Translations under genes and position numbers: made by a program
NCBI GenBank assembly: GCA_037132255.1
Contig: JBAXPN010000001.1
Coordinates: 81,020-145,019 of the forward strand
From: Candidatus Falkowbacteria bacterium
GTDB taxonomy: Bacteria > Patescibacteriota > Patescibacteriia > Patescibacteriales > UBA12465
DNA length: 64,000 bases
Direction: 5' to 3'
Shown here: positions 63,723 to 64,000 of the stretch, piece after piece
Layout: every line of letters starts with the position of its first letter
Position numbering within the stretch: the stretch's first letter is position 1
The notes under the pieces: generated by a model
Told to the model about the DNA's origin: nothing
Database searches by the model: none
What the model saw: the letters and a program-made list of their open reading frames with translations, nothing else

Positions 63723-64000
63723 CTATTTAAAAAGGGCTTTTATCAAAGCTATAATCTTGTTTATTATCAAATCAAATAGATCAATATCTCTTTCTTGGTA
63801 TATGATTTTGTATTCGGTGTTGTATGCTTCTTTTATTTGTTCTGCCAGCACCCTTGAATCATAATATGGCTTCTGGATCACACGAGCTATTTTTATGCCC
63901 GCGCTACCATAAACTTCGTTTTTAAATTTATCTATTTCTAAGGATTTGGCATTATTATGACTGCCATCATCTAATTCTACTACTAGTCTGATGGTCATGG
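63723..64000 (-). CDS. DUF2726-like (PD-(D/E)xK nuclease-fold) protein, C-terminal part; the 5' end is probably beyond the window
   Basis: LVVELDDGSHNNAKSLEIDKFKNEVYGSAGIKIARV matches the ELDDxSH...D.F....AGI..xR core recalled for DUF2726. The reading frame is still open at 64000. Confidence 0.5.
   Translation of the reverse strand, partial: MTIRLVVELDDGSHNNAKSLEIDKFKNEVYGSAGIKIARVIQKPYYDSRVLAEQIKEAYNTEYKIIYQERDIDLFDLIINKIIALIKALFK

Larger units (their letters stand above)
57570..64000. other. putative tRNA-Asn-adjacent accessory region (no integrase seen in the window)
   Basis: Content switches from housekeeping genes to a metal-regulated redox operon, orphan small genes, long non-coding gaps and a nuclease-like fragment. 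It looks more AT-rich by eye in places, but this was not computed. Confidence 0.4.

Noticed and set aside
57570-64000. Calling the tRNA-adjacent region a defined mobile element or genomic island.
   Set aside because: No integrase, transposase, excisionase or clear long direct repeat of the tRNA 3' end is visible. Only 10-12-nt T-loop-like matches are present. It is therefore reported as a hypothesis and annotated as type other, not mobile_element.

Overview
This is a gene-dense, AT-rich chromosomal segment that reads like a Candidate Phyla Radiation / Patescibacteria (Parcubacteria-like) genome. The lineage call is an inference from content: no L30 gene, a DUF5671 protein, a shortened AlaRS, many r-protein extensions and almost no Shine-Dalgarno sites. 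The genetic code is standard, since TGA ends comEC and a contiguous RF2 gene is present. The layout runs as follows. (1) 1-3409, minus strand: an envelope glycosylation operon (GT4, GT4, DUF2304-like, GT2) headed by a degenerate PilB/GspE-like ATPase. (2) 3928-11519: a mur/dcw block (mraY, ftsW, murG, murC, ABC exporter, murB). (3) alaS and two membrane proteins. (4) 15245-19577: a detached alpha-type operon (infA, rpmJ, rpsM, rpsK, rpsD, rpoA, rplQ, rplM, rpsI). (5) prfB, comEC, an orphan, pgeF, tyrS, rpmB and an M50 protease. (6) 26918-42918: str, S10 and spc operons (rpsL through secY). (7) 43022-44480: three orphan genes where adk normally sits, then DUF475, map, ruvX, recO, aspS, asnS, scpAB, a DD-carboxypeptidase, gtrA-like, dnaG and rpoD. 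(8) tRNA-Asn(GTT) at 57498-57569. (9) 57.6-64 kb: an accessory region with an ArsR(CVC)-controlled operon (membrane polyferredoxin, DUF2892 protein, Trx::TrxR fusion), small orphan genes, orphan terminators, tRNA T-loop-like fragments and a truncated DUF2726-like nuclease gene. No CRISPR array, rRNA, integrase or transposase was seen. The best second-look candidates are the ArsR-controlled redox operon, the orphan trio after secY, an RpoA with no alpha-CTD, a near-universal ..ATATG start context with no SD, and a structured terminator-bearing spacer between rpsJ and rplC. All family calls come from reading the translations and from memory of the families. Nothing was searched or computed.
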